64,000 bases of DNA from Candidatus Hadarchaeota archaeon (GCA_964384105.1 CAYLJV010000003.1:1-64000), one strand, 5' to 3'; counted from the stretch's first letter, positions 8,966 through 19,345 are shown. Numbers and translations: made by a program. Notes: a model not told the origin generated them from the sequence alone.

Positions 8966-9368
8966 AGATAAGATAAAGGACAAGCTAGCAGGTCTCGAGA
9001 AACAGCTGAAAAGCTTACGGGAAAAACAATCGATACCGATGAGAGAATACGAAAAAGACGGAGACCTACAAGCCATAGTTGAAAGACGTTTACAGAATTC
9101 CATACAAGCCTGTATCGATATAGGAATGCATATAGTGAGCGAGGAAGGTCCTAGAAAGCCGGAGACATATGGAGATATCTTCACAATTTTAGAAGAAATG
9201 GAAGTTCTAGGTAATGAACTCGGCGATGAATTGAGAGAGAAAGCCGGTTTTAGAAACGTTCTGGCACATGATTACGCCGAAATAATAAATGAGAGAGTCT
9301 ATGAGCATTTACAGAATCTCGAAACCTTTGAGAGTTTCGCTAAAAGAATATCCGACCGTTTCTTGTAA
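8946..9368 (+). CDS. hepT: HEPN/DUF86 RNase toxin (HepT-like)
   Basis: FRNVLAHDY (Rx4H-Y) motif; true start probably TTG near 8955. Confidence 0.88.
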   Translation: MVHLADEDKIKDKLAGLEKQLKSLREKQSIPMREYEKDGDLQAIVERRLQNSIQACIDIGMHIVSEEGPRKPETYGDIFTILEEMEVLGNELGDELREKAGFRNVLAHDYAEIINERVYEHLQNLETFESFAKRISDRFL

Positions 9369-9779
9369 TCTTCAGACTCCGTTCTTGAGACCCCGAGTCA
9401 GTATTTTTCACTTTTTTTGAGTGATCGGTCCTAGGTCAACGGGTTTGAGCACTCGAAAATGTGCGATTATCTTTGTGAATCGGGTTATAAAGTGCGATTG
9501 TCCCGACAAGTCGTGTGATAGTTTCGATAAAGTGTTATATTGAAAAATATCAGATTATTGAAGCAACTGCAATCCTTAAGGTTATTGGAAGGTTCATCTA
9601 ACGTGCCTCCGCCCAACGAGTAAACAGAACATAACATAAACACAAAAGCCAAGAATTCAGTAAATCTTTCTCAAATATCTGCTCAAAATTTTTTGAATGA
9701 TCCTCAGACAGTTTACCCCCGATCATAGGAAAACGGTATTAGAGAGCGCCTATAAACCCTATAAACGGGGGAGCAAAAC

Positions 9780-11129
9780 GTGGGCAAAGTAAAAACCAAG
9801 CTCAGAAAGAAGCTAGAAGAGGAATTCAGAAAGCAGAGCCTTGGAACCCACATGTGCTGTTTATATAGAAACAAAGAGGAGCAGCTCTCCGCGTTATCTT
9901 CTTTCATGTCTCTAGGAACAGAGAGAAACGAGAAGTGCCTTTACATAGTCGACGACAGGACTAAGGAAGAAGTAATTAAAGCCTTCAAAAGCTTAAACTT
10001 CGAAGTCGAAAAGTTCCTAAAATCCGGTCAGTTCGAGTTCATGACTAAGAGCGAGTCCTACCTGAGGAACGGTTACTTCGACCCGGATAAGATGATCGAT
10101 TTACTGAACGAGTCTCAAAATAGGGCATTGAAGGAGAATTACACCGGCCTGAGGGTCACGGGAGAGATGACCTGGTTCTTCAGCGATCTTCCCGGAGTAG
10201 AGAGACTGATGGAGTACGAGTCGAAACTGAACGAGTTCCTTCCCGACAGCAAGGTCGTTGCCCTGTGCCAGTACAACGAGAACAGGTTCTCGCCTAAGAT
10301 ACTACTGGACGTGATCCACACCCACCTCAAGGCATTAATATACGACGGGCTTTACGAGAACCCGTACTACATGCCACCCCATATCTTCAACGCACGCTTG
10401 AGGGGGGAGGTCGACCGGGAGCACTACGAGAACGTAAGGAACGATATAATCAACAGGACCAAGCTAAAAAGAGAGAGGGAGGATTTTGAGAAGAGGAGAG
10501 CCTTCTTGAGAAATCTTCTCAGGGAGGAAATCGCCAGCAAGGCCAACATAATCCACGGTTATCTCGCCTTGATGGAGAATGGACTGCCGGGGGAGTTGGA
10601 GGGCTTCAGATGGAAGGCGGAACAGGCCACCAGAAGCATAAGTGATCTGGTGAGGAAAGTCGAGAAGCTCGAGGTGCTTGAAGAGGCAGAGGAGACGGTT
10701 TGGAAGAACCTTGGGGTGGCCGTCAGGGATGCAGTCGAAGACCTAGAGGAGGAGACCGGGAGGAAAGGCGTGAGCGTAGACATCCAGGGCAATCTAGATT
10801 TTGGAGTCAGAGCGGGACCTCTCTTGAAAGACGCTTTTTTCGATCTGATGAGCGATTTTCTCGCGAACTCGGGCTGTGATAAAATCAAGATTTCCGTGGA
10901 GATGAAGGACGATACGGCGGTGGTCAGCTTAGAGAACAACGGTCGCAGTCTCGATGATGAAGAAAAGGAAAGGATCTTCGATCCGTTCTGGACCTCTGGA
11001 AAGAAAAGGAGCACCGCGATAGGACTTTATCTGATTAAGAGGATAATCGAGAATTACGGAGGTTCGGTCGAGGTCAAGAACTCCGAGTTGGGGGGAGCTA
11101 GGTTTGACTTTCGTCTGAAATCGGCCTGA
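9780..11129 (+). CDS. MEDS sensor domain fused to a degenerate histidine-kinase-like domain
   Basis: MEDS motifs HMCCLY, GLRVTGEMTW, YESKLN, LCQYN; C-terminal HATPase-like RIFDPFWT...IGLYLIKRIIENYGGSV. Confidence 0.85.
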   Translation: MGKVKTKLRKKLEEEFRKQSLGTHMCCLYRNKEEQLSALSSFMSLGTERNEKCLYIVDDRTKEEVIKAFKSLNFEVEKFLKSGQFEFMTKSESYLRNGYFDPDKMIDLLNESQNRALKENYTGLRVTGEMTWFFSDLPGVERLMEYESKLNEFLPDSKVVALCQYNENRFSPKILLDVIHTHLKALIYDGLYENPYYMPPHIFNARLRGEVDREHYENVRNDIINRTKLKREREDFEKRRAFLRNLLREEIASKANIIHGYLALMENGLPGELEGFRWKAEQATRSISDLVRKVEKLEVLEEAEETVWKNLGVAVRDAVEDLEEETGRKGVSVDIQGNLDFGVRAGPLLKDAFFDLMSDFLANSGCDKIKISVEMKDDTAVVSLENNGRSLDDEEKERIFDPFWTSGKKRSTAIGLYLIKRIIENYGGSVEVKNSELGGARFDFRLKSA

Positions 11130-11196
11130 TTTCTTTGAGAGAGGGAAGCAGGTTTACCATTTTGTTATTTAATAATTCGTTTGATATGGGATATTT

Positions 11197-11466
11197 TCAG
11201 TACTCCCGCTTGAGGGATTCGTACCCTTGGAGAACTTCTTCCTTGCTTATTGGTGACTGTATTCCGAATTCGGCGAAGAGATCGATTGTTTCCGAGAGCC
11301 TTGCCAGTGATATCTTTCCTTCCCGATATCTGCGTATCATCAGGTACTCCCAGCCCAAGTCCAGTAGTTCTCTGGCCGCTTCAGAACGCCCCCTGTTTTG
11401 TTTCGAAGTCAGCTCTTTGAGCCGTTTTAGTTCCTTATCTTTTAATCTAAAGCTCGTGGTTTTCAT
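11197..11466 (-). CDS. UPF0175-family antitoxin-like protein, possibly with a short internal deletion
   Basis: RHH-like N-terminus KTTSFRL; YREGKISLARLSE; related to 19513-19818. Confidence 0.7.
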   Translation of the reverse strand: MKTTSFRLKDKELKRLKELTSKQNRGRSEAARELLDLGWEYLMIRRYREGKISLARLSETIDLFAEFGIQSPISKEEVLQGYESLKREY

Positions 11467-11820
11467 TCTTTTTCACTTCCAATTTTCCCTCTGGCAAACT
11501 CCGTAATTTTTGGGGAGTATCGTCCATAGGCTTCCAGTTTGTCGAGTTTCTTTATTTTCTTCAACCCTTCTCCCCTCAGCCTTTTCGGGAGTTTGCTCAA
11601 CGCCATCTCTTTGGGTGTAGGCTGCTATTCAGAGTTTTCTTCTGTAGAGATGGAAGAGGATGGCTGAAACTAGACTCTCTTCTTGGGATATTTATGCTTT
11701 CACCGGATTTTCCTGGTTTAGGAGTCTTTTATCGAACCTAACGAGCTCTTGTACGATCTTAGAGTCCTCTTTCAGCTTTTATAGTGTGTTATTGCCCATC
11801 TTCCGGATTTTCTCAACTAT
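11463..11820 (-). pseudogene. Decayed PIN-like toxin remnant upstream of the UPF0175 gene
   Basis: Only the C-terminus KKLDKLEAYGRYSPKITEFARGKIGSEKE* is readable; its stop overlaps the UPF0175 ATG (ATGA); 5' limit approximate. Confidence 0.4.
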
Positions 11821-12120
11821 CTCCTCTGTATAAAAATACTAACGGATGGCTGCTGGTTCTTAAATCAGACGTCAATAAAGTATCGGATTTGATCGATCAT
11901 TAGGAAATATTAGTACAAAATGTTCAGTTTGAGGGCATTATCCCACCTGTGACAGTATCGCTCATCATTCTCTTTTTCCATTGAGGCTTGAGAAAGTAAC
12001 GAGAGTTGCATTTTTAATAAATATCATTTTGTCGTGTTCTTAGCTGTGGATATTATCGATTTTCTTCGATTAGAAAAAGTACATGTTTCTTTTGCCAAGT
12101 AAAAATAGGAATGTGATCGG

Positions 12121-12840
12121 CTATGGGAGTATCTTATTTTCGAATTCTTCTTTCTTTAACTTATGAGTCTTGAGAATATCGTCTCTAGCTTCCATCATTT
12201 CGAGAAATTTTCCCATATGTTTGTTGATGCCGGATTTATCGAGAAATTCTTGAATCCTTTTGATTTTGCTCTGGAAAGTTTTTGCCAGGCTTGCCACATC
12301 GTAGAGATCTTTCCATATTTTTGACTTGAGATAGTCCGTTTCTCTCGCGACCTTAAGGGTTTCTCTCCTTCCCAGTGCAGCGCCGATTTTGTAGGTGAGG
12401 ATTAGTCCTGGGATTGGTATATAGATGTAATTGTCCCCCTCTAGTTTATGCTTCTGGGAATTATTTACAGCCCATTTCCAGGGCAGTGTAATATTAAGGT
12501 CTTTGATTATCCTAGTATCGGATGCAGTGCAAGCATCCACAATTATTTCTTCGACACCTTTCTCAGTTTCGACCTTTTTTACATAGGTTTTTTCCATAAA
12601 CGTGCCAGTCTCTTCATAATCGTTGTGAAAGAAGTAATGTTTGAGGGCTTCATTTCTCGAAGAGGCGTCCGGAAAAACCACATCAATATCTCTAGATCCT
12701 AATCCGCTTGTATAGCACCAAACAGCCCAACCCCCCACTACAGTAGGGTAATGACCAAAAAACTCATTCATCCAGGAAGCAAAATTCAAGAGTTCTCGAA
12801 AACTGACTTGAGTGAGTTCTTTGTAGTAGAAATCGTTCAT
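12121..12840 (-). CDS. AbiEii-like nucleotidyltransferase, putative type IV TA toxin
   Basis: VVGGWAV...SRDIDVV pol-beta motif; late YK...R and KDLYD motifs. Confidence 0.7.
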   Translation of the reverse strand: MNDFYYKELTQVSFRELLNFASWMNEFFGHYPTVVGGWAVWCYTSGLGSRDIDVVFPDASSRNEALKHYFFHNDYEETGTFMEKTYVKKVETEKGVEEIIVDACTASDTRIIKDLNITLPWKWAVNNSQKHKLEGDNYIYIPIPGLILTYKIGAALGRRETLKVARETDYLKSKIWKDLYDVASLAKTFQSKIKRIQEFLDKSGINKHMGKFLEMMEARDDILKTHKLKKEEFENKILP

Positions 12841-13424
12841 TCGAATATCCTCTTAATTAAGCGCTCGGCAGTATATCCCTTATCGTCACAGAAAAGGTCG
12901 ACGACTGTCCTTATCTCGGAAGTTACTCTCGCCGAATCAATCGAAACTGTGTTTTTATCCAATGGTAAATCGGGCTCGTAAATATTGATCCTGAGATTCC
13001 CTTTTGGAAATTTTTTAAGTTCTTCGACTACTTCCTTGTTTGAGGAGTAGGCACAAATAGAAGGGTCCCTGAAGTATGAATCATGAAGCTGAAGGGCCGA
13101 GGTAAGACAGAATACTGCTTCTTTTTCTATCAAAAACTCTGATGTTTCTCCCCTCTTCGCATCTATATCGAGAGTTCTGATTTTTTTCATAGATCTGAAG
13201 TTAGATAGGAGACTGATTAGAGAGACTCCGGAAGTGAGCCCGTACTTAGTCCCGGTTTTCTCCACATATCCGCTTTCTCGGAGCCATGAAACTACTTGGT
13301 TTACTCTACCTATGGATACCCCAGTGGCTTTGTGTATTTCGGTTTGGGTGAATTTTTGCTTTTTTAGGATATAGTAGATCACTCTGTATGTCTTGTCCGC
13401 TGTAAGTCGTATCATTGTTTTCAC
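12837..13424 (-). CDS. Winged-HTH plus AbiEi-like antitoxin
   Basis: FTQTEIHKATGVSIGRVNQVVSWL HTH; C-terminal VTSEIRTVVDL; 4-bp overlap with the NTase gene. Confidence 0.65.
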   Translation of the reverse strand: MKTMIRLTADKTYRVIYYILKKQKFTQTEIHKATGVSIGRVNQVVSWLRESGYVEKTGTKYGLTSGVSLISLLSNFRSMKKIRTLDIDAKRGETSEFLIEKEAVFCLTSALQLHDSYFRDPSICAYSSNKEVVEELKKFPKGNLRINIYEPDLPLDKNTVSIDSARVTSEIRTVVDLFCDDKGYTAERLIKRIFE

Positions 13425-13454
13425 TCTTTACTGAATTTTTCACTCTTTACTGAA
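13418..13454. promoter_or_regulatory. Tandem 18-bp direct repeat TTTTCACTCTTTACTGAA (x2), each containing TTCA-N8-TGAA; putative operator
   Basis: Copies at 13418-13435 and 13437-13454, overlapping the start codon of the HTH gene. Confidence 0.7.
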
Positions 13455-13571
13455 AAATTTTTCTGGGCTTACACTTAAGTCTATGGTTGGGCTTACTTCA
13501 ATTGAATTCTTTTTATGATCTCCAAAAGAAACAGTATTAATAAACGGTCGATTGCCTCTGAGAAAATACGA

Positions 13572-13872
13572 TTATATTCGACTGTTTTTCTTACGATCAA
13601 CTGAGCTTTCCTGCTTTGGATTTGGCACAGCTCCGATATTTACAGGTGGATCGATCAAGAATGACTTTGAAAGGACTATTTCGATAAAACTACTTTTTTC
13701 TTCTTCACTAAACTCAAACTTGGGATATTCCATAACTCTCGAAAGCTCCTCGTGAATTTTTTTAGAATAGAAAGTATCGACATCGCCCTTTAGAACGAGC
13801 TTTGAGAGGACCACCCCGGCCGAGAGCCGAAATAAGAACGTTCGTGTCCAACACTATCTTTTTCTTGCCCAT
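13572..13872 (-). pseudogene. Frameshifted, truncated PIN toxin
   Basis: MGKKKIVLDTNVLISALG in one frame from 13872; EELSRVMEYPKF continues in another frame (ORF 13572-13814). Confidence 0.75.
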
Positions 13873-13873
13873 T

Positions 13874-14094
13874 TTACCGCTTTCTTCTAAGCCTTTTTCC
13901 TTAAACCTTTTCTTGATTTCTTTTGAAAGAATCTCTTATTCTTTTTCCACGTCGAACTCTATTTTTTGAAGACCACGCTGTCCTTTATTGGAAGGGCAAT
14001 GAACCTGTCGGAGCTACTTAATCCCTACTTTTTTCTTATCTCGCTGGGCACGACCAGCTGCCTTTTTTGACATTTTAACTATTTTTTCGACCAT
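13874..14094 (-). pseudogene. AbrB/MazE-family antitoxin pseudogene
   Basis: MVEKIVKMSK..QLVVPSEIRKK*GL..SDRF; in-frame TAG and frameshifts; directly upstream of the PIN pseudogene. Confidence 0.7.
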
Positions 14095-14303
14095 AGCGTA
14101 TAACTTTTCAACCTATATTTTTGCTTCTTACCCAATCTTTTGACCATTCGCCAGTGAAAGTACCCCCGAAGTTTCGTTTTCTCCTCGAACTCTAGAATCC
14201 GCCTCCCCCAGACATTTTCCCTATTAATCGAACGTTTTCAGCTTCTGTGGGAGCTCCAGCTTGCTAAAGGACCTTAAGATGATTGATACCCACGGGGCCA
14301 CCA

Positions 14304-14798
14304 TCACTCCCTCCCGGTGGGAAGCAGCTCCACCCGCCTCACCAGCCGCTTCAGGTCCTCCACCTTATCTTTTTCCTCGGAAGCGACCTCTTTAAGGACC
14401 TCGAAATAGCCCCTCTTCCCGTTCCACAGGCTTTCGACGAAACCTTCATCAGTCCAGGAAATCAACCGCTTATAGAGGTCAAGCAACAGCTCCCCCCGCT
14501 CCAGAAGGTCCTCGGCGACCTCTATCCTCTTCTTCCCACTCCGGCCGCTATCCCAAAACGTACCCACCTGCTTCAGCTCCCCGTCCAAATCCAATTCTAG
14601 GCTCCCTCCAAGCTCCTCAAGGGCGCAACAGTGCTCCTCGCAGCCCTCTAAAAGCCTGTCGAGGATCTCCTGGTTCTTTCCTCCGAAGAAGGGGTACCTC
14701 TCGCACTCCTCCATCTGCTCTCGCTCCCCCTGCAGAGCTAAAGCCAGGAAGTACCTTAGGGAACCCTGGCCGTCTATAAGTGCCTCCGATTCGTTCAA
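14304..14798 (-). CDS. Hypothetical acidic helical protein, possibly ferritin-like
   Basis: 164-aa ORF in locally GC-rich DNA; E..EEH and Y/EE pattern resembling a four-helix bundle. Confidence 0.5.
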   Translation of the reverse strand: MNESEALIDGQGSLRYFLALALQGEREQMEECERYPFFGGKNQEILDRLLEGCEEHCCALEELGGSLELDLDGELKQVGTFWDSGRSGKKRIEVAEDLLERGELLLDLYKRLISWTDEGFVESLWNGKRGYFEVLKEVASEEKDKVEDLKRLVRRVELLPTGRE

Positions 14799-15186
14799 TC
14801 TATATTTTCAACTCCTCTCGAACAATCTAACGCTTGAATAACTGTTTAAGAAGTGTAGGGGTCTTTTATTTTTGCCACGGAGAACATTCTCCCGCTCAAA
14901 CTACTTAAGTGTCCCGTTTCTCTCCTCTTCTCGACCCTGAATGAGGTCAGAGGGAAAAATCTCCTTAAATTCCTTGCAGTAGTTTTCAATTCAAAAAATT
15001 GAGGATTTCCTAGAGTCTTTTTGAAAGGTCCTGAAACGAAAGTAAGACCTCTTTAAGCTTCCGTAAACCTCTTCCGTCGGGTAAAGTCTACTTGAATTAG
15101 TAACTAATACTAGTAGCCCAGTCTGAAACCCCCGAAATTGAATAGAAATAAATTCAAGGAAGGTTAAACATCGCTTTGGTTTTAGT

Positions 15187-16122
15187 ATGGAAGTGTCCAT
15201 CGTAGTTCCAATCTACAACGAGAGGGACAACCTCGCTCCACTGTATCACGAGCTTAAAGATGTTCTCGATGATATGAACAAGAACTACGAGATAATATTT
15301 GTAGACGACGGGTCCACCGACGGGAGCTTCGAGGAAATGGTCAGACTGTTCGAGGAGGAGGACCACCTGAGGATCGTAAAGTTGAGAAGTAACTTCGGCC
15401 AGAGCTCCGCCCTGCAGGCAGGTTTTGACATCTCTAACGGAGAGATCATCGTGGCCATGGACGCGGACCTCCAGAACGACCCCAAGGACATCCCAAGGCT
15501 GCTGGAGAAGCTGAAAGAGGGCTACGACTGTGTCTCGGGGTGGAGGATGGAGAGGAAGGACCCTTTAGGGAAGAGGATTATGACGAAGATCTCCTCTCTG
15601 GTTAGACGAAGGTTTCTGGGAACGGACCTCCACGATTACGGATGTACTCTGAAGGCCTACAGGAGGGAGGCGCTCGCGGAGATAGAAATTTCGGGTGAAA
15701 TGCACCGGTACATACCTCCTATGCTGAAGTGGAGGGGCTTCGACGTGACTGAGATCGAGGTCAACCACCGGGAGAGGACCCGTGGGGAGACGAAATACGG
15801 TACGACTAGGGTCTTCAAGGGGTTTATGGACATGATAAACGTCTGGTTCTGGCAGAAGTTTCACGGGCGGCCGTTGCATCTCTTCGGCGGACTTGGACTG
15901 ATATCCGCATTTATAGGCCTGATTGCGGCGCTAATTTCGTTCTACTGGAAGTTTTTTGGGGGGGTCAGCTTCACATCCACCCCATTGCCACTTTTTTCAG
16001 TTTTCATGTTCCTGACTGGACTTTTACTGTTCTCTTCAGGGCTTCTGGCCGATGTACTACTGAAAAATTATTACTCTCTCGAAGAGAGAAGGGTCTACAG
16101 CGTAGAAAAGGTAGTCGAGTGA
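15187..16122 (+). CDS. GT2 polyprenol-phosphate glycosyltransferase (DPM1/ArnC-like) with two C-terminal TM helices
   Basis: VPIYNE, FVDDGSTDGS, RSNFGQSSA, MDADLQNDP, DYGCTLKAYR. Confidence 0.93.
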   Translation: MEVSIVVPIYNERDNLAPLYHELKDVLDDMNKNYEIIFVDDGSTDGSFEEMVRLFEEEDHLRIVKLRSNFGQSSALQAGFDISNGEIIVAMDADLQNDPKDIPRLLEKLKEGYDCVSGWRMERKDPLGKRIMTKISSLVRRRFLGTDLHDYGCTLKAYRREALAEIEISGEMHRYIPPMLKWRGFDVTEIEVNHRERTRGETKYGTTRVFKGFMDMINVWFWQKFHGRPLHLFGGLGLISAFIGLIAALISFYWKFFGGVSFTSTPLPLFSVFMFLTGLLLFSSGLLADVLLKNYYSLEERRVYSVEKVVE

Positions 16123-16298
16123 TTTAGTTTTCGTTCTTAAAAGTAAGAAATACGCGTTTTGACTTTCTAGTAACTTTTAGAAATTTAATAATGAAAAAAC
16201 AATGATTTATAGTCACTTTTGCTTCTATTACTCAAAATAATCCTTTTCGGGAAAACCATAAAACTCTTGATTTGCATATTAATACCGATAAAAATTAA

Positions 16299-19200
16299 TT
16301 GTTTAGAACAGGAGGTGAAAAATTGACATATAACGAAATTAAGAGCAGAATCGGCAATTATTTACTTATTGCAGTCATTTTGATTTCCTTAACTTCATCA
16401 TTGACTTTTCTGTCTTTTGAGGAGTCTTATGCACAGCCAACAACCATACACATTACTAGCAATGCCGACTTTGACACGTACGATTCAGGTGGTGATGGGA
16501 GTTCCTCCGATCCATGGGTAATAGAAGGACACACAATAGACGCATCTGGCGATCACGGAATCTGGATTGAGGACACGAGTGACCACTTTATAATCAGAAA
16601 CTGCACGGTGGAAAACGGTGGAAGTAGTTACCATGGAATCTACCTGGATAACGCCCCGAACGGTAGAATAGATGACGTCGTGAGCAAAAATAACGACTCT
16701 GGAATACGAGTCATAAACAGCTATCCAGTTGTTTTAGACAATAATTTCCTGGAAGGAAACGACGATGCAGTCAGGTTCGGTGATGATGCTGATGTAGTTA
16801 ATACCACAATCATTCTTGAGAACAATCACCTTCAGGGGAACGACTACGGATTCAACTTCTACGACGATCTCGACAACATTGTCAATAGTCAAGTCTACAT
16901 AAGAAACAACACGATAGTCGATAATCCTTCCTACGCCATTGATCTTGACACTGAGATATACTCGAGTGAAGTAGAGATTCTGAACAACATTATAGAAAAC
17001 AATGATTATGAGGGCGTATACTTCGATTACATTATTGATAGTACCGTTACTATAGCCAACAATGTTATCGATAATAACGGAGACGAAGGATTATACTTCC
17101 CGGACGATGTCTACGGCGACACGGTCATCAGTATAGAGAATAATTCAATCGTTGGAAATGATTATCAGGGAATTTACCTTGACGAGATTTACGATAATAC
17201 TTTGATTAACATACAGAACAACTTTATTGACAACAATGGCGATGCAGGAATTTATGTAGATGACTATGTTTATGAAAATGCTAGAATCAATATAATCAAT
17301 AATTCTATTGATGGCAATGAGGATGAGGGAATTTACTTCTACGACGATATCTACGGGAATGCGGTCATTAATATCGAGAATAACTCCATCGATAAGAACG
17401 ACGATGGCGGAATTCTTTTTGATGATTATGTCTACGGAAATGCTAGAATTTTCATCGTTAACAACTCGGTTGATGAAAGTAACTACCCAGGAATTGAGTT
17501 CGACGATGATATCTATGAAAATGTCAGAGTTGGGATAATTGGTAATTCTATTGACAACAATGATGGAGATGGAATTCGCTTAGATGATATTGAAGACAAT
17601 ACTTACGTTGAAATAACAAATAACTCGGTTGACGGTAACAATAGTGATGGATTAAGTTTTCGTAATGATATTTCTGGACTATCGAAAGTCATAGTGAGTA
17701 AAAATTCGTTTTCTAATAACTCAGACAGCGGGGTTTATTACTCAGATGACGGGATTTTAGATAACGCGCTATTGAGAATTGACAACAATATATTCAGGAA
17801 CAATATAGGTTTGTTCACCGGAATACATTTTGATGAAACATTGATAGGTGAGAACGCCGTCGTGGATATTACAAGAAACCTTATCGACAATAACGGTACA
17901 GGGATTCTAGCTTACCCAATATTTATACAAGGTTCTATGAACATTCTGTTCAACGATATAGTTAACAACGTAGGTATTGCAGAACCTGTGCCCGAAACCG
18001 GAATTCATATATATTCACCCGTATTTTGCACAATGGTCCGGTACAACAATATCGAAAACAACATCATTGGAGCCTACTATTCTGGTCCCGGAGACCTTAA
18101 CGCTCTACAAAACTGGTGGGGAGCTTCAAATGGTCCAGGAGGAGAAGGACCGGGTGATGGTGATAACGTCAGTCCTGACGTACTCTACACCCCATGGCTG
18201 ACCGAACCCGTAGATCGAAATGATCTAACCGATTGGAGTGGAACGAGGTTCTCAGATGGCCAAGGACAGAGTTTCACCAGCGATGATGGAAAGATAGAAG
18301 TTAATTTCGACAGCAAGGAGAACGGCAGAATTCTGATAGAGCAGATGAAGAAAGTCGCAGGGACAACCGATGTTGAGGATAAGTCCTCGGTCATGTTCTT
18401 TGATATTAGTGCGAAACCCGAAAATTCCGTGGAGAACATCTGGATAACAGTGAACTACACTGACGATGATGTTGACGGTATAGACGAGAGCAATATGAAG
18501 GCCTACTACTGGAGTTCGACCGATGAGGAATGGAAGATGTTGGAGAATATTGAAGTCGACGCGGCGAACAATACTCTGACGGGTTACGCGCCTCACTTGA
18601 CGCCGTTCGGTCTGTTTGGGACTCCGAATCCGGCTGAATTCAAGGTTAGTGACCTCGTAATCGACCCAGAGAAGGCCGATATATCAGAGGCTGTTACCAT
18701 TTCTGCGAAGGTCAAGAACACCGGTGGAATGAATGGAACTTACACTGCGAAGCTCAAGATCAACAACGCGCTGGAAGACAAAACTGACGTTAACTTGGAT
18801 CCTGGAGAATCTAAGAGAGTATCATTCGAAGTTACTAGAGGCGTTCCGGGGATTTACAGCGTTGAACTGGGTGGTTTGACAGGAAGTTTTGAGGTTCTTG
18901 GTGAGGCTAGTTTCAGAGTTGTTAGTCTAACTGCAATTCCGGAGACTGCAATGCCGACTGATACTGTTACTGTAACAGCGGTAATCGTGAATGCTGGAGA
19001 AATAGCAGGAACTTACGAAGCAATTTTGCGGGAAGGAACTAGGATTGTCGGCAATAAGATGATTTCCCTGAACGGTGGAGAACAGGATTCTGTGGTTTTC
19101 TCAATGAGTAATTTCATTCCGGGTAGGAGCTATACGGTTAATATGGATGGTGTTTCGGAGACTTTTGACATTAAAGCGGTAGGTGGATTGAGAGCTAGAG

Positions 19201-19313
19201 AGTACGATGAGGATGAGGGTACTAATCCGTTGGTTTATGTTGCTACGGTTCTAGGAATAGCGGTTATTGCTTTCATGGCTGCGTTGATAGTCAGCGAGGC
19301 CGGAAAGCGGTAA
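16299..19313 (+). CDS. Cell-surface protein: right-handed beta-helix (NosD-like) repeats, CARDB/Ig-like domains, C-terminal TM anchor
   Basis: Signal peptide; GDGSSSDPWVIE cap; many ~26-aa IxNNxIDxNxxxGIY repeats; NWWG motif; VKNTGG CARDB; likely start TTG 16323 after GGAGGTGA. Confidence 0.85.
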   Translation: MFRTGGEKLTYNEIKSRIGNYLLIAVILISLTSSLTFLSFEESYAQPTTIHITSNADFDTYDSGGDGSSSDPWVIEGHTIDASGDHGIWIEDTSDHFIIRNCTVENGGSSYHGIYLDNAPNGRIDDVVSKNNDSGIRVINSYPVVLDNNFLEGNDDAVRFGDDADVVNTTIILENNHLQGNDYGFNFYDDLDNIVNSQVYIRNNTIVDNPSYAIDLDTEIYSSEVEILNNIIENNDYEGVYFDYIIDSTVTIANNVIDNNGDEGLYFPDDVYGDTVISIENNSIVGNDYQGIYLDEIYDNTLINIQNNFIDNNGDAGIYVDDYVYENARINIINNSIDGNEDEGIYFYDDIYGNAVINIENNSIDKNDDGGILFDDYVYGNARIFIVNNSVDESNYPGIEFDDDIYENVRVGIIGNSIDNNDGDGIRLDDIEDNTYVEITNNSVDGNNSDGLSFRNDISGLSKVIVSKNSFSNNSDSGVYYSDDGILDNALLRIDNNIFRNNIGLFTGIHFDETLIGENAVVDITRNLIDNNGTGILAYPIFIQGSMNILFNDIVNNVGIAEPVPETGIHIYSPVFCTMVRYNNIENNIIGAYYSGPGDLNALQNWWGASNGPGGEGPGDGDNVSPDVLYTPWLTEPVDRNDLTDWSGTRFSDGQGQSFTSDDGKIEVNFDSKENGRILIEQMKKVAGTTDVEDKSSVMFFDISAKPENSVENIWITVNYTDDDVDGIDESNMKAYYWSSTDEEWKMLENIEVDAANNTLTGYAPHLTPFGLFGTPNPAEFKVSDLVIDPEKADISEAVTISAKVKNTGGMNGTYTAKLKINNALEDKTDVNLDPGESKRVSFEVTRGVPGIYSVELGGLTGSFEVLGEASFRVVSLTAIPETAMPTDTVTVTAVIVNAGEIAGTYEAILREGTRIVGNKMISLNGGEQDSVVFSMSNFIPGRSYTVNMDGVSETFDIKAVGGLRAREYDEDEGTNPLVYVATVLGIAVIAFMAALIVSEAGKR

Positions 19314-19345
19314 CTTTCCCCTTTTCTTTTTTAATTTTATTTCTA
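19314..19345 (+). terminator. Oligo-T archaeal terminator-like tract
   Basis: Pyrimidine/T-rich run immediately after the stop codon. Confidence 0.45.
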
